Below the pieces are notes generated by a model. That model was not told where the DNA came from. It was given only the letters and a program-made list of their open reading frames with translations, and did not search any database. Positions 36,695 to 47,194 of a stretch of DNA of 64,000 bases are shown piece by piece (position 1 is the stretch's first letter; the number at the start of each line of letters is the position of its first letter). The stretch lies in assembly GCA_035307585.1 (NCBI GenBank), contig DATGHX010000052.1:2068-66067 (forward strand), in the 5' to 3' direction. The position numbers and the translations under genes are program-made. Origin of the DNA: Candidatus Angelobacter sp. (GTDB lineage Bacteria; Acidobacteriota; Terriglobia; Terriglobales; Acidobacteriaceae).

Positions 36695-38281
36695 ATGCAT
36701 GGACTCGTCCAACACGCGTCGAAAATCGACTCACCGCAAGAGCGGCCCTATCTTTTGCGATCGAGTCGCGGACGACCGCGCCGGCGCTTCGCCCGTTTGC
36801 TTATCTTGGCTCTGGCGATCCTGTTCGCTGCGTTGATCATCGCGGTCATCGAATGGCCCTTTACCCGCAAGAAAGTCATCGCCGACCTGGCAGATGCCAT
36901 GCAGGGCAAGGTGGAAATTGGAAGATTTCACCGGACGTATTTTCCGCACATCGGCTGCGTCGCTGAGGACGTGACTTTCACCGGCTACGGCAACCTCGCG
37001 AATTCCACGCCGATGACCGTCCGAAAGCTGACCATCCAGGACAGCATACGCGGGCTTTTCACGCACCACGTGCCGGTCATGCGCGCGGAAGGAGTACACC
37101 TGGTGGCCGCAAGAGCCGATTCGTTTGCGGGTTGGGGAACTACCAACGGAAAAGAAAAATCGCCTGCGGTAGTCGATCAACTCATCATTACGGAATCCGT
37201 TCTGGAATTTTCCTCGAAGGGCGCCCCAGGCTTGAAGTTTGAAATTGCCGAGCTGTCGCTGATCGATCGCGGGCCGCGCGCTCCCATGCAGTTTGCCGTT
37301 GTTCTACGCAATCCCAAGCCGCCGGGGGAAGTGCGCGCCAGCGGATCACTCGGTCCATGGTCGTCAAACAACTCCGGGCAAACGCCTGTTTCCGGTAAGT
37401 ATTCATTCCAGCACGCCGATTTGAGTGTTTTTCATGGGATTGCCGGGACCCTCTCCTCGGAAGGAAGCTTCGCCGGCAATCTTCACGAACTCGAGATCAG
37501 CGGCAAAACCGATATGCCCGATTTTGAGCTCACCGACACCGGCCACAAGGTCGCTCTATCAACGCAATTTCGCGCGCGTGTGAACACCCGGCACGGCGAC
37601 GTGGTGCTGGAGCAGGTTGCCGGCCGTCTGGGCCGGAGCGGCGTAGAGTCGGCAGGCTCCATCGCCGGCCAGCCAAACCAGCCGGGAAAGACCACGGATC
37701 TGAACATGGCGGTGCCCAACGGCAGGATCCAGGATTTCCTTTTTTTGTTTCTCAAGGAGAAGGTCCCGCCTATGAACGGGGTCTTCAGCTTCCGGGGACG
37801 CGCTGTTCTTCCCTCGGGTAAAGAACCTTTCACCAGGCGCGTCCAGTTGGAAGGTGATTTCGGCGTCGATAACGCCAGCCTCGCCAACCCGGTTACCCAG
37901 GGCAAGCTGGAAGAGTTGAGCGAGCGCGCTGAAGGCCAAAAAGGCGAAGCTCCAGAACGGATCGTCTCCGACCTGAAAGGCCACTTGGTGTTACGCCAGG
38001 GAATTGCCAGCTTCTCCGGCCTTACCTTCCGCGTGCCCGGCGCCAAGGCGAAATTACACGGGACCTACAGCCTCCTCGACTATCGCATCAACCTGCAGGG
38101 ACGGCTGTTCACCGAAGCCACTCTCTCCGAGGCCACGACTGGCGTGAAATCGTTTCTGCTGAAGGTGATCAGCCCGGTGCTCAAGAAGAACCATCACGGT
38201 GGAGGAGTAGTTGCGCTGGGCGTTACCGGCGTCTATCCCCATCCGGTTTATAAGACCACACCGGTTACTAAGGCTGACTGA
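36695..38281 (+). CDS. AsmA-like membrane-anchored protein
   Basis: N-terminal TM helix LLILALAILFAALIIAVI followed by a long beta-rich soluble part. The family call is from overall architecture only. Confidence 0.45.
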   Translation: MHGLVQHASKIDSPQERPYLLRSSRGRPRRRFARLLILALAILFAALIIAVIEWPFTRKKVIADLADAMQGKVEIGRFHRTYFPHIGCVAEDVTFTGYGNLANSTPMTVRKLTIQDSIRGLFTHHVPVMRAEGVHLVAARADSFAGWGTTNGKEKSPAVVDQLIITESVLEFSSKGAPGLKFEIAELSLIDRGPRAPMQFAVVLRNPKPPGEVRASGSLGPWSSNNSGQTPVSGKYSFQHADLSVFHGIAGTLSSEGSFAGNLHELEISGKTDMPDFELTDTGHKVALSTQFRARVNTRHGDVVLEQVAGRLGRSGVESAGSIAGQPNQPGKTTDLNMAVPNGRIQDFLFLFLKEKVPPMNGVFSFRGRAVLPSGKEPFTRRVQLEGDFGVDNASLANPVTQGKLEELSERAEGQKGEAPERIVSDLKGHLVLRQGIASFSGLTFRVPGAKAKLHGTYSLLDYRINLQGRLFTEATLSEATTGVKSFLLKVISPVLKKNHHGGGVVALGVTGVYPHPVYKTTPVTKAD

Positions 38282-38385
38282 GAGCGCCCATATTGTCGGC
38301 TCCCGAGGCAAAGCATGCGCAGAGCCTGCTTTGCTCTTTGCCTGCCGGAGTTAAGCATCCGCATTGCGTGCAGCCGATTTTCGTC

Positions 38386-40884
38386 CTATTCGCAGCGCAG
38401 AGCCACCACCGGCTCAACGGCCGAGGCTTTGCGCGCAGGAATGAAGCTTGCCGCCAGGGCAACAGCTCCTATGCCCGCCAGCGAAGCCGCAATGGCCAGC
38501 GGATCGCCGGGGCCGAGTCCGTACAACATGGAGCGCATCAGTCGCGCGGCCATGAAGCCCGCGGGCAAACCCACCGCCACGCCCAACAGGCACAAGACCA
38601 GGCTTTCGCGAAGCACCATCCACAAGACATTGAGGCGCTGCGCGCCCAGGGCCATGCGCACGCCGATCTCCGAGGTGCGCCGTGCCACGCGGTAGGCCAG
38701 GGTTCCGTAGACGCCGGTCGCTACCAGAAGCACTGCCAGCATGCCGAAGAATGCCGAGAGCCGGGTCACCAGACGGTCCTGGCTGAGCGTGTCCTCCAGT
38801 TGCTGGCGCTGCGTAGCCGGGTTCAGCAGCGGGAGGTCGGGGGCAAGTTCGGCCACCGCGCGCCGCACTTCCGGCCAGAAAGCTTCGGGACTGCCCGCCG
38901 TCCGCAATTCGATGTGCATGGTGTCGATGCCGCTCCACTGCACAAAGGGCACGTAGGCCATGGGCCGCGGCTCTTCGCGCATTGCCGTGTACTTGCTGTC
39001 TCCCGCCACGCCCACGATGGTGAACTGCATGCCGTTGCGGCCGCCCAGTGCAACGGTATGTCCTACCGCAGGCGAGCCGTTGAGGTAGTTCTTAACGAAG
39101 GTGGCGTTCACGATTATTGCTGGAGGGGCAGTCGCTGTGTCGGCGTCGTTGAAGTCGCGGCCGGCAAGGATGGGAATTTCCAGGGTGCGCAGGAAGTCTG
39201 AACCCACGGCGTTCCAGCGAACTGGGGCAAACTTGCCGTTGGCGGTCTTGGGCCGCTGGCCATCGAGGAAAATCGAGGTATTGCTGCTCCAGCCGCCGCC
39301 GATGCGGTTACGCATGATCGTCGCCGATTGCACTCCGGGAATACGCCGCATCCTCTCTTCCATCGCCTGAAAGAACGGCTTGCTCTCGGTGTCAGTGGGC
39401 GCGTGCTGTTGGGGAGTCAGCCCGAAGACCAGCAGGCCATCGGCCTTCATTCCCATGTTGATGTTTTCCAGGTTCCTCAGGGTCCGCAGCATCAGGCCGG
39501 CGGCGATGAGCAGCACCAGGCAAAGTCCCATCTGCAGCGCCACCACCGTCTGGCCCGAGCGCCTGCCGCGGCGGTCCTGGAATGTGGTCGCGCTCGAAGT
39601 CTTCATGGCCAGGCTGATGGGTACGCGCACCGCGCTCCACAGCGGAGCCAGGCTGAAGGTCAGGGCAGCCAGCACCGACACCCCGGCGGTGAAGATCAAA
39701 ACTGACTTGTCCGGCGACAAGGTCCGGTCCAGATGCGACCACTTGGCCAGGGCGCTGGTGGCCCAGATGGCGAAGGCCCACCCCAGCCCCGCGCCGGTCG
39801 CGACCAGCAAGGCCGAGTCGACGAACAACTGGCGGAAAAGGCGGGCACGGCTCTCGCCCAGCGCCTGGCGCACGCTGAACTCGCGCTGGCGCGCTGTGTT
39901 GCGCGCCACCAGCAGCATGGCTACGTTGCCGCACGCGATCACCAGCACCAGCGCCACCAGGCCCATCAAAATGCGCAACGGCGTGTCGTAGTCGTCGCGA
40001 AGCCCTTCCATGCCGCGGGTGTCGCTGAAGCTCAACTGCGGCGACTTGGAGTTCTCCGGGCGCTCCGCGTTCTCCACGTACGCGGCCTGCTGGAAGAGAG
40101 GATTCAGGTAAGCCAGCGCCTGTTTTTGATTCACGCCCGGCCGCAGCCGGCCAACTGTCAGCAAGAACCACCATGTGGATCCGTAGAGCTGATCGTGCTT
40201 ATTAGAAGCGGCTACGCCCCAGGGCTTGACTTCATCGCTGGTCTGGAATGGCACCCACACATCGGTGGCGCTTCCACGATCCAGCCCGGTGAATCGCGGG
40301 CCGGCGACTCCTACGATTGTGAAGGGAACGCCGCGGAGATAGATGGGCCGCCCAAGAACGGATTCGCTGCGATTGAAGCGCCGCGTCCAGTAGTCATAGC
40401 TGAGGATGGCGTTCTGGGTGTGACCGCGTTCATCGTCGATGTTGAACACGCGGCCGCGCACCGGCCTGACGCCCAGACCGCTAAAGAAGTTGCCGCTGAC
40501 CATGTCCGCTTTCAACTGCTCGGGATCGCTGCCGAATCGCGCCGGCACATCGCCGGTGAAGGAGAGCGGCACCCAGGCCATAAGGTCGGAGAAAATGCGT
40601 TCTTCTTTGCGCAGCGCCGCATACACCTGCATGCGTATGGAGGTGTCGCCGTAACCGGTCTGGCCTCCGGGAAAATCACTGGTGTGCAAGTAGACCAGTT
40701 CCTGAGGATTTGCCACGGGAAGCGCTGCCAGCAGCACCGCGTTCATCACGCTGAAAACCGCGGTATTGGCGCCGATGCCCAGCGCCAGCATGATCACAGC
40801 CACCAGGGCGAAGCCTGGTGTCTTGCGCAGTTGCCGCAGCGCGTAAATGCCGTCGCGGGACACAGCTTGTATCCATGCCGTCAC
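38386..40884 (-). CDS. ADOP-family duplicated FtsX/MacB-type permease
   Basis: LRQLRKTPGFALVAVIMLALGIGANTAVFS N-terminus, two FtsX-like 4-TM modules, and a C-terminal VEPVVALRCE. Confidence 0.85.
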   Translation of the reverse strand: MTAWIQAVSRDGIYALRQLRKTPGFALVAVIMLALGIGANTAVFSVMNAVLLAALPVANPQELVYLHTSDFPGGQTGYGDTSIRMQVYAALRKEERIFSDLMAWVPLSFTGDVPARFGSDPEQLKADMVSGNFFSGLGVRPVRGRVFNIDDERGHTQNAILSYDYWTRRFNRSESVLGRPIYLRGVPFTIVGVAGPRFTGLDRGSATDVWVPFQTSDEVKPWGVAASNKHDQLYGSTWWFLLTVGRLRPGVNQKQALAYLNPLFQQAAYVENAERPENSKSPQLSFSDTRGMEGLRDDYDTPLRILMGLVALVLVIACGNVAMLLVARNTARQREFSVRQALGESRARLFRQLFVDSALLVATGAGLGWAFAIWATSALAKWSHLDRTLSPDKSVLIFTAGVSVLAALTFSLAPLWSAVRVPISLAMKTSSATTFQDRRGRRSGQTVVALQMGLCLVLLIAAGLMLRTLRNLENINMGMKADGLLVFGLTPQQHAPTDTESKPFFQAMEERMRRIPGVQSATIMRNRIGGGWSSNTSIFLDGQRPKTANGKFAPVRWNAVGSDFLRTLEIPILAGRDFNDADTATAPPAIIVNATFVKNYLNGSPAVGHTVALGGRNGMQFTIVGVAGDSKYTAMREEPRPMAYVPFVQWSGIDTMHIELRTAGSPEAFWPEVRRAVAELAPDLPLLNPATQRQQLEDTLSQDRLVTRLSAFFGMLAVLLVATGVYGTLAYRVARRTSEIGVRMALGAQRLNVLWMVLRESLVLCLLGVAVGLPAGFMAARLMRSMLYGLGPGDPLAIAASLAGIGAVALAASFIPARKASAVEPVVALRCE

Positions 40885-41056
40885 TGGCGCCTCCGTTGCA
40901 ACACCCGCTTAGACTGTGTGCGAAATCAAAGGTAATCATCGGCAGGGGAAACGGGAAACGGCCGGCAATGGCAGGAGTTCGAACCCTCTAAGGCCAGGAC
41001 CAGGCTTCAGAACTGAGCCCCGCTGAACCGATTCGCCGAACTGCCTCAGCAGACGC

Positions 41057-41467
41057 TCAGCTCTTCGAACTCGTCGACGCCCCGGGGAGTTGTGTGTTTC
41101 TGACCGGAATCTGCGAAGCGGTTCGACTCTCCCGGGGTTCCGCAGTGGCGCTTCGGATGGCTTCCAGCAAGGCCGCAGGAGAGTTTTCCACGTTGAGGCA
41201 ATTAGCGTAGCTCTCGCCCTCACGGGCTATCAGCGCGATCACCGGCAGCGGCCGGGTCTTTTCCTTCAGCTTCAACATCAACGCCTTGCGATCGCGTGGA
41301 GTAATCGAATGGCAGATAAGGATCAGGTCGATCACTTTGGAGGTTAAGAGTTGCAGGGCATCGTCGGCAGCATAGGCTTCTTCCACGGTATGGCCGTAGT
41401 GCCTCAGCAGTACCGACCGCACATTCATGAGATGGCGGTCGCGGCCCATGGAGAGAATGCGACACAT
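41057..41467 (-). CDS. receiver-like (REC) single-domain protein lacking the phospho-acceptor Asp
   Basis: REC-like pattern with RILSMGRD in place of the acidic pair and DLILICHS in place of DxxxxD. Confidence 0.5.
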   Translation of the reverse strand: MCRILSMGRDRHLMNVRSVLLRHYGHTVEEAYAADDALQLLTSKVIDLILICHSITPRDRKALMLKLKEKTRPLPVIALIAREGESYANCLNVENSPAALLEAIRSATAEPRESRTASQIPVRNTQLPGASTSSKS

Positions 41468-41605
41468 GATGGTGGGAATCCAGCTTCAATTCTAGGAGCA
41501 ATTCTGAAGGTTGGAAGCGTCAAATAGCGCCAAAACTCTGATTATGTAATGCCCGGCCCAGGCGCCAGCTTTACAATTTTGAAGGGTGAGTCCCGGACCG
41601 CTCAT

Positions 41606-42112
41606 TCAAGGGTGGGAAGATTCTTTGACCATTTTTCCCAGGGTCCGTACCAGGCGAAGGATGGCATCGCCGAGTTGAACACGAGAATCGGCCATATCTG
41701 TACGCAGACGTTGGGCGTCCAGCAGCAACTCCCGGGTGGTAGTCGTCACTGCTTGCTGATCGCGACCATTTTGCAGCTTTTCGGCCGGGCAAGATCTGAG
41801 CCACGAGTCCAGATCTGAACGCATCGCAAAAACGGCGCTCCGGCCGCGACCATGGGGACGCCGCACCGGCAGCCCCAACTCCACTTCCCAGCGTTGTACG
41901 GTGCGCACTCCCCTATCCAGGTACCGGGCGATGTCCTTCCAGGAGTTCAGAATGTCGGCAGCCGGATTTACTTCGGTAGCAGTAGCCATCTTTCGCTTCT
42001 CTGACTGCTCGAACAACTTAGATGCAGTCACTCCAGCATTTACCGTTTCCTGGTTGCTGGGATTGGATGGACGCTTAATACTCTGAATTATATCAACATA
42101 GTACAAGGGCAA
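41606..42112 (-). CDS. excisionase/MerR-like HTH protein
   Basis: ILNSWKDIARYLDRGVRTVQRWEVELGLPVRRP. The start is uncertain (Met1 or Met42 at 41989). Confidence 0.5.
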   Translation of the reverse strand: MPLYYVDIIQSIKRPSNPSNQETVNAGVTASKLFEQSEKRKMATATEVNPAADILNSWKDIARYLDRGVRTVQRWEVELGLPVRRPHGRGRSAVFAMRSDLDSWLRSCPAEKLQNGRDQQAVTTTTRELLLDAQRLRTDMADSRVQLGDAILRLVRTLGKMVKESSHP

Positions 42113-42390
42113 CGGCCCAAAAGAATGGAGCGGAAATGAGTTAAAACTTCAGATATTCAAGAATCAAAGCTTGCGCAGAAAGGGCTGTGAGCGACGCTTT
42201 CGAAGGTTCCGGAGTTTTGTTGGCGGCCTTGATCCTGTGTTAGTCACGCGGCCATCGCTTGCTGGTATTTGTCCCGACTCGGAGCTTGCGGGCAAGGCCA
42301 TGACTTGAAACGGCTTGAGAAGCATATAATGTTGCCGCCGCACCTCGTACATCCCCCGAGAAAGCAGCGGGCTTCTCCTTCATCACCGCC

Positions 42391-45060
42391 ATGCCCAAGT
42401 CAGGCGAAAAACCGAAAGAGAAGAAGGCGAATGGGCCGGTAAAGGCTGGCTCCCCGCAGCCATCCGAAAGCAACGGCTTTCCTATCGTCGGCGTAGGTGC
42501 CTCCGCGGGCGGCCTTGAAGCGTTCACCGAGTTGCTGAAGAGCGTCCGCCCCGACCTGGGCATCGCTTTTGTCCTTGTGCCCCATCTGGATCCCACCCAC
42601 GAGAGCGCCATGACCGAGCTGATGAGCAAAGCCACCCGGATGCCGGTTCTGCAGGTGGAGCATGGCATGCGCGTCGAGCGCAATCACGTCTACGTCATTC
42701 CTCCCGGCCACGAGATGTCGATCAAAAATGGGATCCTGCAACTGGAGCCGCGCCGGCAGCACCCGCCCATGCCCATCGACCTTTTCCTGCGTTCCCTGGC
42801 AGAGGACCAGCACAACAACGCCATCGGCATCATCCTTTCCGGGACAGCTTCCGACGGCACCCTCGGCCTGAGCGCTATCAAAGGCGAAGGCGGCATCACC
42901 TTCGCCCAGGATTCAAAGTCCGCCCGCTATGACGGCATGCCCAACAGCGCCGTAGCGTCGGGAGCGGTGGACTTCGTCCTGCCGCCGGCGAAAATTGCCG
43001 AAGAGCTGGATAAGATCCGGCACCACCCGTATATCGCTAGTGGTCACGACGATAGGATCGAAGCCCTGGAAGCGGAGGGCACTTCCGATCTGGGCCATCT
43101 CTTCCGCATCCTGAAGCAGGTCAGCAAGGTCGATTTCTCCGACTATAAGCCCGCCACGGTGCGCCGCCGCGTTCTGCGCCGCATGGCTCTCAAGAAGATC
43201 GAGAAGGTGAGCGACTACGTCGCTTTCGTGCGCGAGAACCCGCTGGAGGCCGAAGCGCTGTACCAGGACATCCTCATCAACGTCACCAGCTTCTTCCGCA
43301 ACCCCGACGTGTTCGAGGCTTTGAAACAGAGTGTCTATCCGGCGCTGTTAAAAGACCGCGCCCCCAACGACACCGTCCGCATCTGGGTTCCTGGCTGTTC
43401 CACCGGCGAGGAAGCCTACTCGCACGCCGTTTCCATCGTGGAATATCTGTCTGAAGTGCGAGCCGAAGTTTCCGTGCAGATCTTCGCCACCGACCTCAGC
43501 GAACCGGCGGTCCAGCGCGCCCGGTTGGGAATTTACAAAGAGAGTATTACCACCGATGTGGTTCCCACCCGGCTGCGGCGTTTCTTTAACAAGGTTGAGG
43601 GCGGATACCAGATCAGCAAGTCCATCCGCGATCTCTGCATTTTTGCGCGGCAGAATGTGTTCAGCGATCCTCCGTTCTCCAAGATGGACATCGTGAGCTG
43701 CCGCAATCTGCTCATCTACCTGGGCCCGGCATTGCAGCGCAGGGTGATCCCCGTCTTTCATTATGCTTTGCGGCCGAACGGTTTTCTGATCCTGGGCAGC
43801 ACTGAGGGCCTGTTGGGAGCCGGCGCCGAACTGTTCGATCTGGTCGATAAAAAGAGCAAGATTTACCTGAAACGGCCGGTGCCTTCGCCGGTCAGCCTTG
43901 GTTTTTCTATGGAACGCTTCGATACCGGATCCGATGAAGCCTCTACCGAACTGAAAGAGCAGGAAACGCCCAAAATACCGGCCGACCTGCAAAAAGAGGC
44001 GGACCGGCTGCTCCTTTCCAAATATGTCCCCGCTTCCGCCGTTGTTAACGAGCAGCTGGACATTCTGCAGACACGCGGACACACGGGGAGGTATCTGGAG
44101 CTCTCCCCGGGGAGAGCCAGCCTGAACCTGCTGCGCATGGCCCGGCCCGGCCTGCTGTTTGAGCTGCAGAAAGCCATTGAGAGCGCCCGCAAATCCAATT
44201 TGCCGGTCTTGCGCGAGAATGTGCAGCTGGAGAGCAACGGCAACCTGCAACTGGTCAATATTGAAATAGTTCCTCTGCGCCTGGGCGCCGCCCCGCAGCC
44301 AAATTTCCTGATCATCTTTCACGAGTCGCAGGATGACGCAAACACGTCTGTCGCGCAGCCTCGGGTTGGAGCGTCCTCCGTTGCCAGCGCGGAATCCGAG
44401 CAGGTGCAGGAGAAACAGAAGCAGCTCCGGGAGGAACTGGCCGCGACCAAGGAGTACCTGCAATCGATCGTCGAAGAGCGCGAGGCCACCAACGAGGAGC
44501 TGCAGTCTGCCAACGAGGAAATTCAATCCGGGAATGAAGAGCTGCAGAGCACTAACGAGGAGTTGCAGACCTCTAAGGAAGAGCTGGAGTCGGCCAACGA
44601 AGAGCTGAACACGGTAAACGAGGAGATGCAGCACCGCAACCAGCAGCTCTCCCAGCTGAACAACGATCTCACCAATCTGCTCAACAGCGTGAATATCCCG
44701 ATCGTGATGCTGGGGCCGGATCTCAGCGTCCGCCGCTTTACCATGCGCGCCGAAAAAGTGCTGGGACTCTCCGCCATCGACGTGGGACGCCCGATCAGCA
44801 ATCTCCGGCTCAAGGTGACGATTGCCGATCTCGAAGAGCCGGTGCTCGACGTGATCCGCGATATCATCCCCAAGCAGCAGGAATTCCGGGATGCGGACGG
44901 AAACTCCTACAATTTGCGCATTACGCCCTACCGCACTAGCGACAACAAGATTGAAGGCGTCGTCCTGGTTCTGCTGGATACCGAGGGAAGAACCACGCCG
45001 CGACAGATTACGAAGAAACCGGCCTCGCGCGCGCGCAAGAAGGCAAAAAAAAGACGCTAG
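42391..45060 (+). CDS. CheB-methylesterase / CheR-methyltransferase fusion protein with coiled coil and PAS-like C-terminus
   Basis: FPIVGVGASAGGLEAFTELL (CheB-type), RIWVPGCSTGEEAYS (CheR SAM-binding) and NEELQS heptads at 44491-44637. Confidence 0.85.
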   Translation: MPKSGEKPKEKKANGPVKAGSPQPSESNGFPIVGVGASAGGLEAFTELLKSVRPDLGIAFVLVPHLDPTHESAMTELMSKATRMPVLQVEHGMRVERNHVYVIPPGHEMSIKNGILQLEPRRQHPPMPIDLFLRSLAEDQHNNAIGIILSGTASDGTLGLSAIKGEGGITFAQDSKSARYDGMPNSAVASGAVDFVLPPAKIAEELDKIRHHPYIASGHDDRIEALEAEGTSDLGHLFRILKQVSKVDFSDYKPATVRRRVLRRMALKKIEKVSDYVAFVRENPLEAEALYQDILINVTSFFRNPDVFEALKQSVYPALLKDRAPNDTVRIWVPGCSTGEEAYSHAVSIVEYLSEVRAEVSVQIFATDLSEPAVQRARLGIYKESITTDVVPTRLRRFFNKVEGGYQISKSIRDLCIFARQNVFSDPPFSKMDIVSCRNLLIYLGPALQRRVIPVFHYALRPNGFLILGSTEGLLGAGAELFDLVDKKSKIYLKRPVPSPVSLGFSMERFDTGSDEASTELKEQETPKIPADLQKEADRLLLSKYVPASAVVNEQLDILQTRGHTGRYLELSPGRASLNLLRMARPGLLFELQKAIESARKSNLPVLRENVQLESNGNLQLVNIEIVPLRLGAAPQPNFLIIFHESQDDANTSVAQPRVGASSVASAESEQVQEKQKQLREELAATKEYLQSIVEEREATNEELQSANEEIQSGNEELQSTNEELQTSKEELESANEELNTVNEEMQHRNQQLSQLNNDLTNLLNSVNIPIVMLGPDLSVRRFTMRAEKVLGLSAIDVGRPISNLRLKVTIADLEEPVLDVIRDIIPKQQEFRDADGNSYNLRITPYRTSDNKIEGVVLVLLDTEGRTTPRQITKKPASRARKKAKKRR

Positions 45061-45140
45061 GCTGCGACAATGCAGCCGGCCGACGTCGAGGCAATGTGCG
45101 TCTGGAGTTCTGGCGCCAGGAACCTTCGCGGCCTTCTTGA

Positions 45141-46100
45141 TCAGTTTCCAAGAAAATTCAGCAGCGCTTTGGCGAATGCTTCCGGCTGTTCGATGTGCGG
45201 GATGTGGCCGCAGTCGGGAATCTCTACCAGCCTGGACCCGGGGATCTGCTCGTGTGTTTTTTCGCCAAGGCGCGGATAGTCCCCCGCCGCTGCTTTGGCC
45301 TCTGCGGAGAGGCGCGCTTTGCCCGGGACGGTGCGATCGTCGTGGCCGACGATCAGCAGCGTGGGGACCTTCAAACGCGAGAATTCGTAGCACACCGGCT
45401 GTTCGTAAACCATCTCCGAGGTTAGAGCCGATGCCATGGCCGCGCGCGGATACTCTCCCGTGCCTAGCACCCACGCCTGGTCCTGAACATACTGCTCGTA
45501 CTGCGGCTTCCAGGCGTGGTAATAACTTTTCTGATAATTGAGGAAGCTCTCGTAGGTGGCTTTCAACTCGCCGGCGTATAGTTCGTCAATCGAAGCATAG
45601 GGAACAAAGGTCCGATAATCTTCCAGACCAATCGGATCCTCCAGCACCAGCTTGGCAACGTTGCCCGGATAAAGCAGAGCGAATCGGACTGCCACCATGC
45701 CTCCCATGGAATGGCCAACTACCACCACGCGGCTGATCCCCAGCTTATCCAGCAGCCCCAGGGTGGTCGCCGCCATGCTAATCAGGCTGTAGTGGATGCC
45801 CGGCCGCGATGAAGCGCCAAAGCCGATCTGATCGGGAGCCACCACGCGATACCCGCGCTCGGTCAGCCTCGCGATCACACCCTCCCAGTAGTACCCGGAG
45901 AAATTCTTACCGTGAAGCAGCAAGACGGTTGTGCCGTTGGCCGCAGACGACGGCGCTACGTCGCGATAGGCCATGCGCAAATCCTGGTCTTCGATGCGGG
46001 TGGAAAAGAACTGAACCGGATACTGCGCTTTTGGCGCCGCCTGCGCCAGGGAGAGGGAGGCGGGAAGGAATAAACCAAGCCAGAGGATGGCGAGCTTCAT
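45141..46100 (-). CDS. secreted alpha/beta hydrolase
   Basis: Signal peptide MKLAILWLGLFLPASLSLAQA, nucleophile elbow GHSMGG, and a C-terminal CGHIPHIE. Confidence 0.8.
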   Translation of the reverse strand: MKLAILWLGLFLPASLSLAQAAPKAQYPVQFFSTRIEDQDLRMAYRDVAPSSAANGTTVLLLHGKNFSGYYWEGVIARLTERGYRVVAPDQIGFGASSRPGIHYSLISMAATTLGLLDKLGISRVVVVGHSMGGMVAVRFALLYPGNVAKLVLEDPIGLEDYRTFVPYASIDELYAGELKATYESFLNYQKSYYHAWKPQYEQYVQDQAWVLGTGEYPRAAMASALTSEMVYEQPVCYEFSRLKVPTLLIVGHDDRTVPGKARLSAEAKAAAGDYPRLGEKTHEQIPGSRLVEIPDCGHIPHIEQPEAFAKALLNFLGN

Positions 46101-46154
46101 GGAACCGGATGATACACCGGATACTGCAGCGTTAAGACCTGCAGACGAGGCCCA

Positions 46155-46382
46155 TTACATCATCAAAGCCGAGGCCTCCAGTTCGCGGCGCAGGGCCTCT
46201 ACGCCGTCCCGCCGGCCGTCAAACCGCGTAGCCATTTCCCGGGCCGTTTGAGCGGAAATCCCGTAGCCGTGGGTGGCCATGAACATCTTGATGGTCTCCG
46301 CGATCTGAAATGAGTCCAGACCGGCCCCCGCAAGATCGCTGCGCAGCATGGCTACCTGAACCGTTGAGAATTTCTCATGCAT
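46155..46382 (-). CDS. hypothetical small protein (75 aa)
   Basis: Only the part from the ATG at 46382 looks protein-like. No motif recognised. Confidence 0.3.
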   Translation of the reverse strand: MHEKFSTVQVAMLRSDLAGAGLDSFQIAETIKMFMATHGYGISAQTAREMATRFDGRRDGVEALRRELEASALMM

Positions 46383-46598
46383 AGTGCACCTCGGACAAAA
46401 ACGTGTATTGCAAGCCGCGTGCCATACCGGAACGCATTGATTTTCTTTAGGTGCCAGCATTCGGACTGTGGATCCCTGCGCCATTTGGCGCAAGCTTGCA
46501 CCCGGTTGCGCGACAAAGCCTAATTTACCGGCACGATTGCTGCGTGTGATCCGCATCACCGTTCCCGGTGACCGCACAAGTTTAATTTGTTCTTAGAC

Positions 46599-47084
46599 AT
46601 GAAGGTCCTGCTGGCCATCGACGATTCCGATTTCTCCAAAGCCGCTATCCGGCTGCTACAAAGCAAGTTCAACCCGCGTCAGACGGAGGTGCATGTCTTG
46701 CATGCGGTCGAACCGCTACGCCTGGCCCCGCGCTCCGTGGGAACGGGAGTTGGCCCCAGCGTGCCCGGGGATTTCGTCGGGCTGGTGGAAGAATGGCTGG
46801 ATCGGGCCGAGGCTCTCACCGCCGAAGCCGCCAAATCGCTGGAGTTTGCAGGCTTCGCCGTTACAAGCAGCGTGGTGGAAGGCGACGCCAAGCATGAGAT
46901 TCTGGAATTCGCCGGCCAATGGAAGCCGGAGCTGATTGTGCTCGGTTCTCACGGCCGAACCGGTTTCAGACGCTTCCTGCTGGGCAGCGTGTCGGAAGCC
47001 GTCGCCCGCCATGCCGATTGCTCCGTGCTGATCGTCCGTCCCGCGCCGCCGGCTCCCTTGCCGGAGCCTTCGCCGGCAAGCTGA
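46599..47084 (+). CDS. universal stress protein (UspA family)
   Basis: MKVLLAIDDSDFSKAA ... LIVLGSHGRTGFRRFLLGSVSEAVARHADCSVLIV is canonical Usp. Confidence 0.8.
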   Translation: MKVLLAIDDSDFSKAAIRLLQSKFNPRQTEVHVLHAVEPLRLAPRSVGTGVGPSVPGDFVGLVEEWLDRAEALTAEAAKSLEFAGFAVTSSVVEGDAKHEILEFAGQWKPELIVLGSHGRTGFRRFLLGSVSEAVARHADCSVLIVRPAPPAPLPEPSPAS

Positions 47085-47137
47085 CCCGGCCCTTCGCAAC
47101 CGCTCCTTCCGCGTTCAGAAGGTCGCCCTCTCTACCC

Positions 47138-47167
47138 TTGACATCTAGGTATAGGCCGGACTAGACT
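47138..47167 (+). promoter_or_regulatory. sigma70-like promoter (TTGACA-18-TAGACT) overlapping CTAG-containing repeats (possible PadR operator)
   Basis: TTGACA at 47138-47143 and TAGACT at 47162-47167. CTAGGT / CTAGAC / CCTAGC / CTAGGT motifs span 47144-47188, just upstream of padR. Confidence 0.35.
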
Positions 47168-47194
47168 TCGAACCCTAGCCCTCTAGGTGAGTGC

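Noticed and set aside
44491-44637. 21-nt periodic repeat that could be mistaken for a CRISPR-like or mobile repeat.
   Set aside because: It is in frame within the CheB-CheR fusion gene and encodes NEELQSx heptads. This coiled-coil linker is well known in that protein family. No spacers are present.
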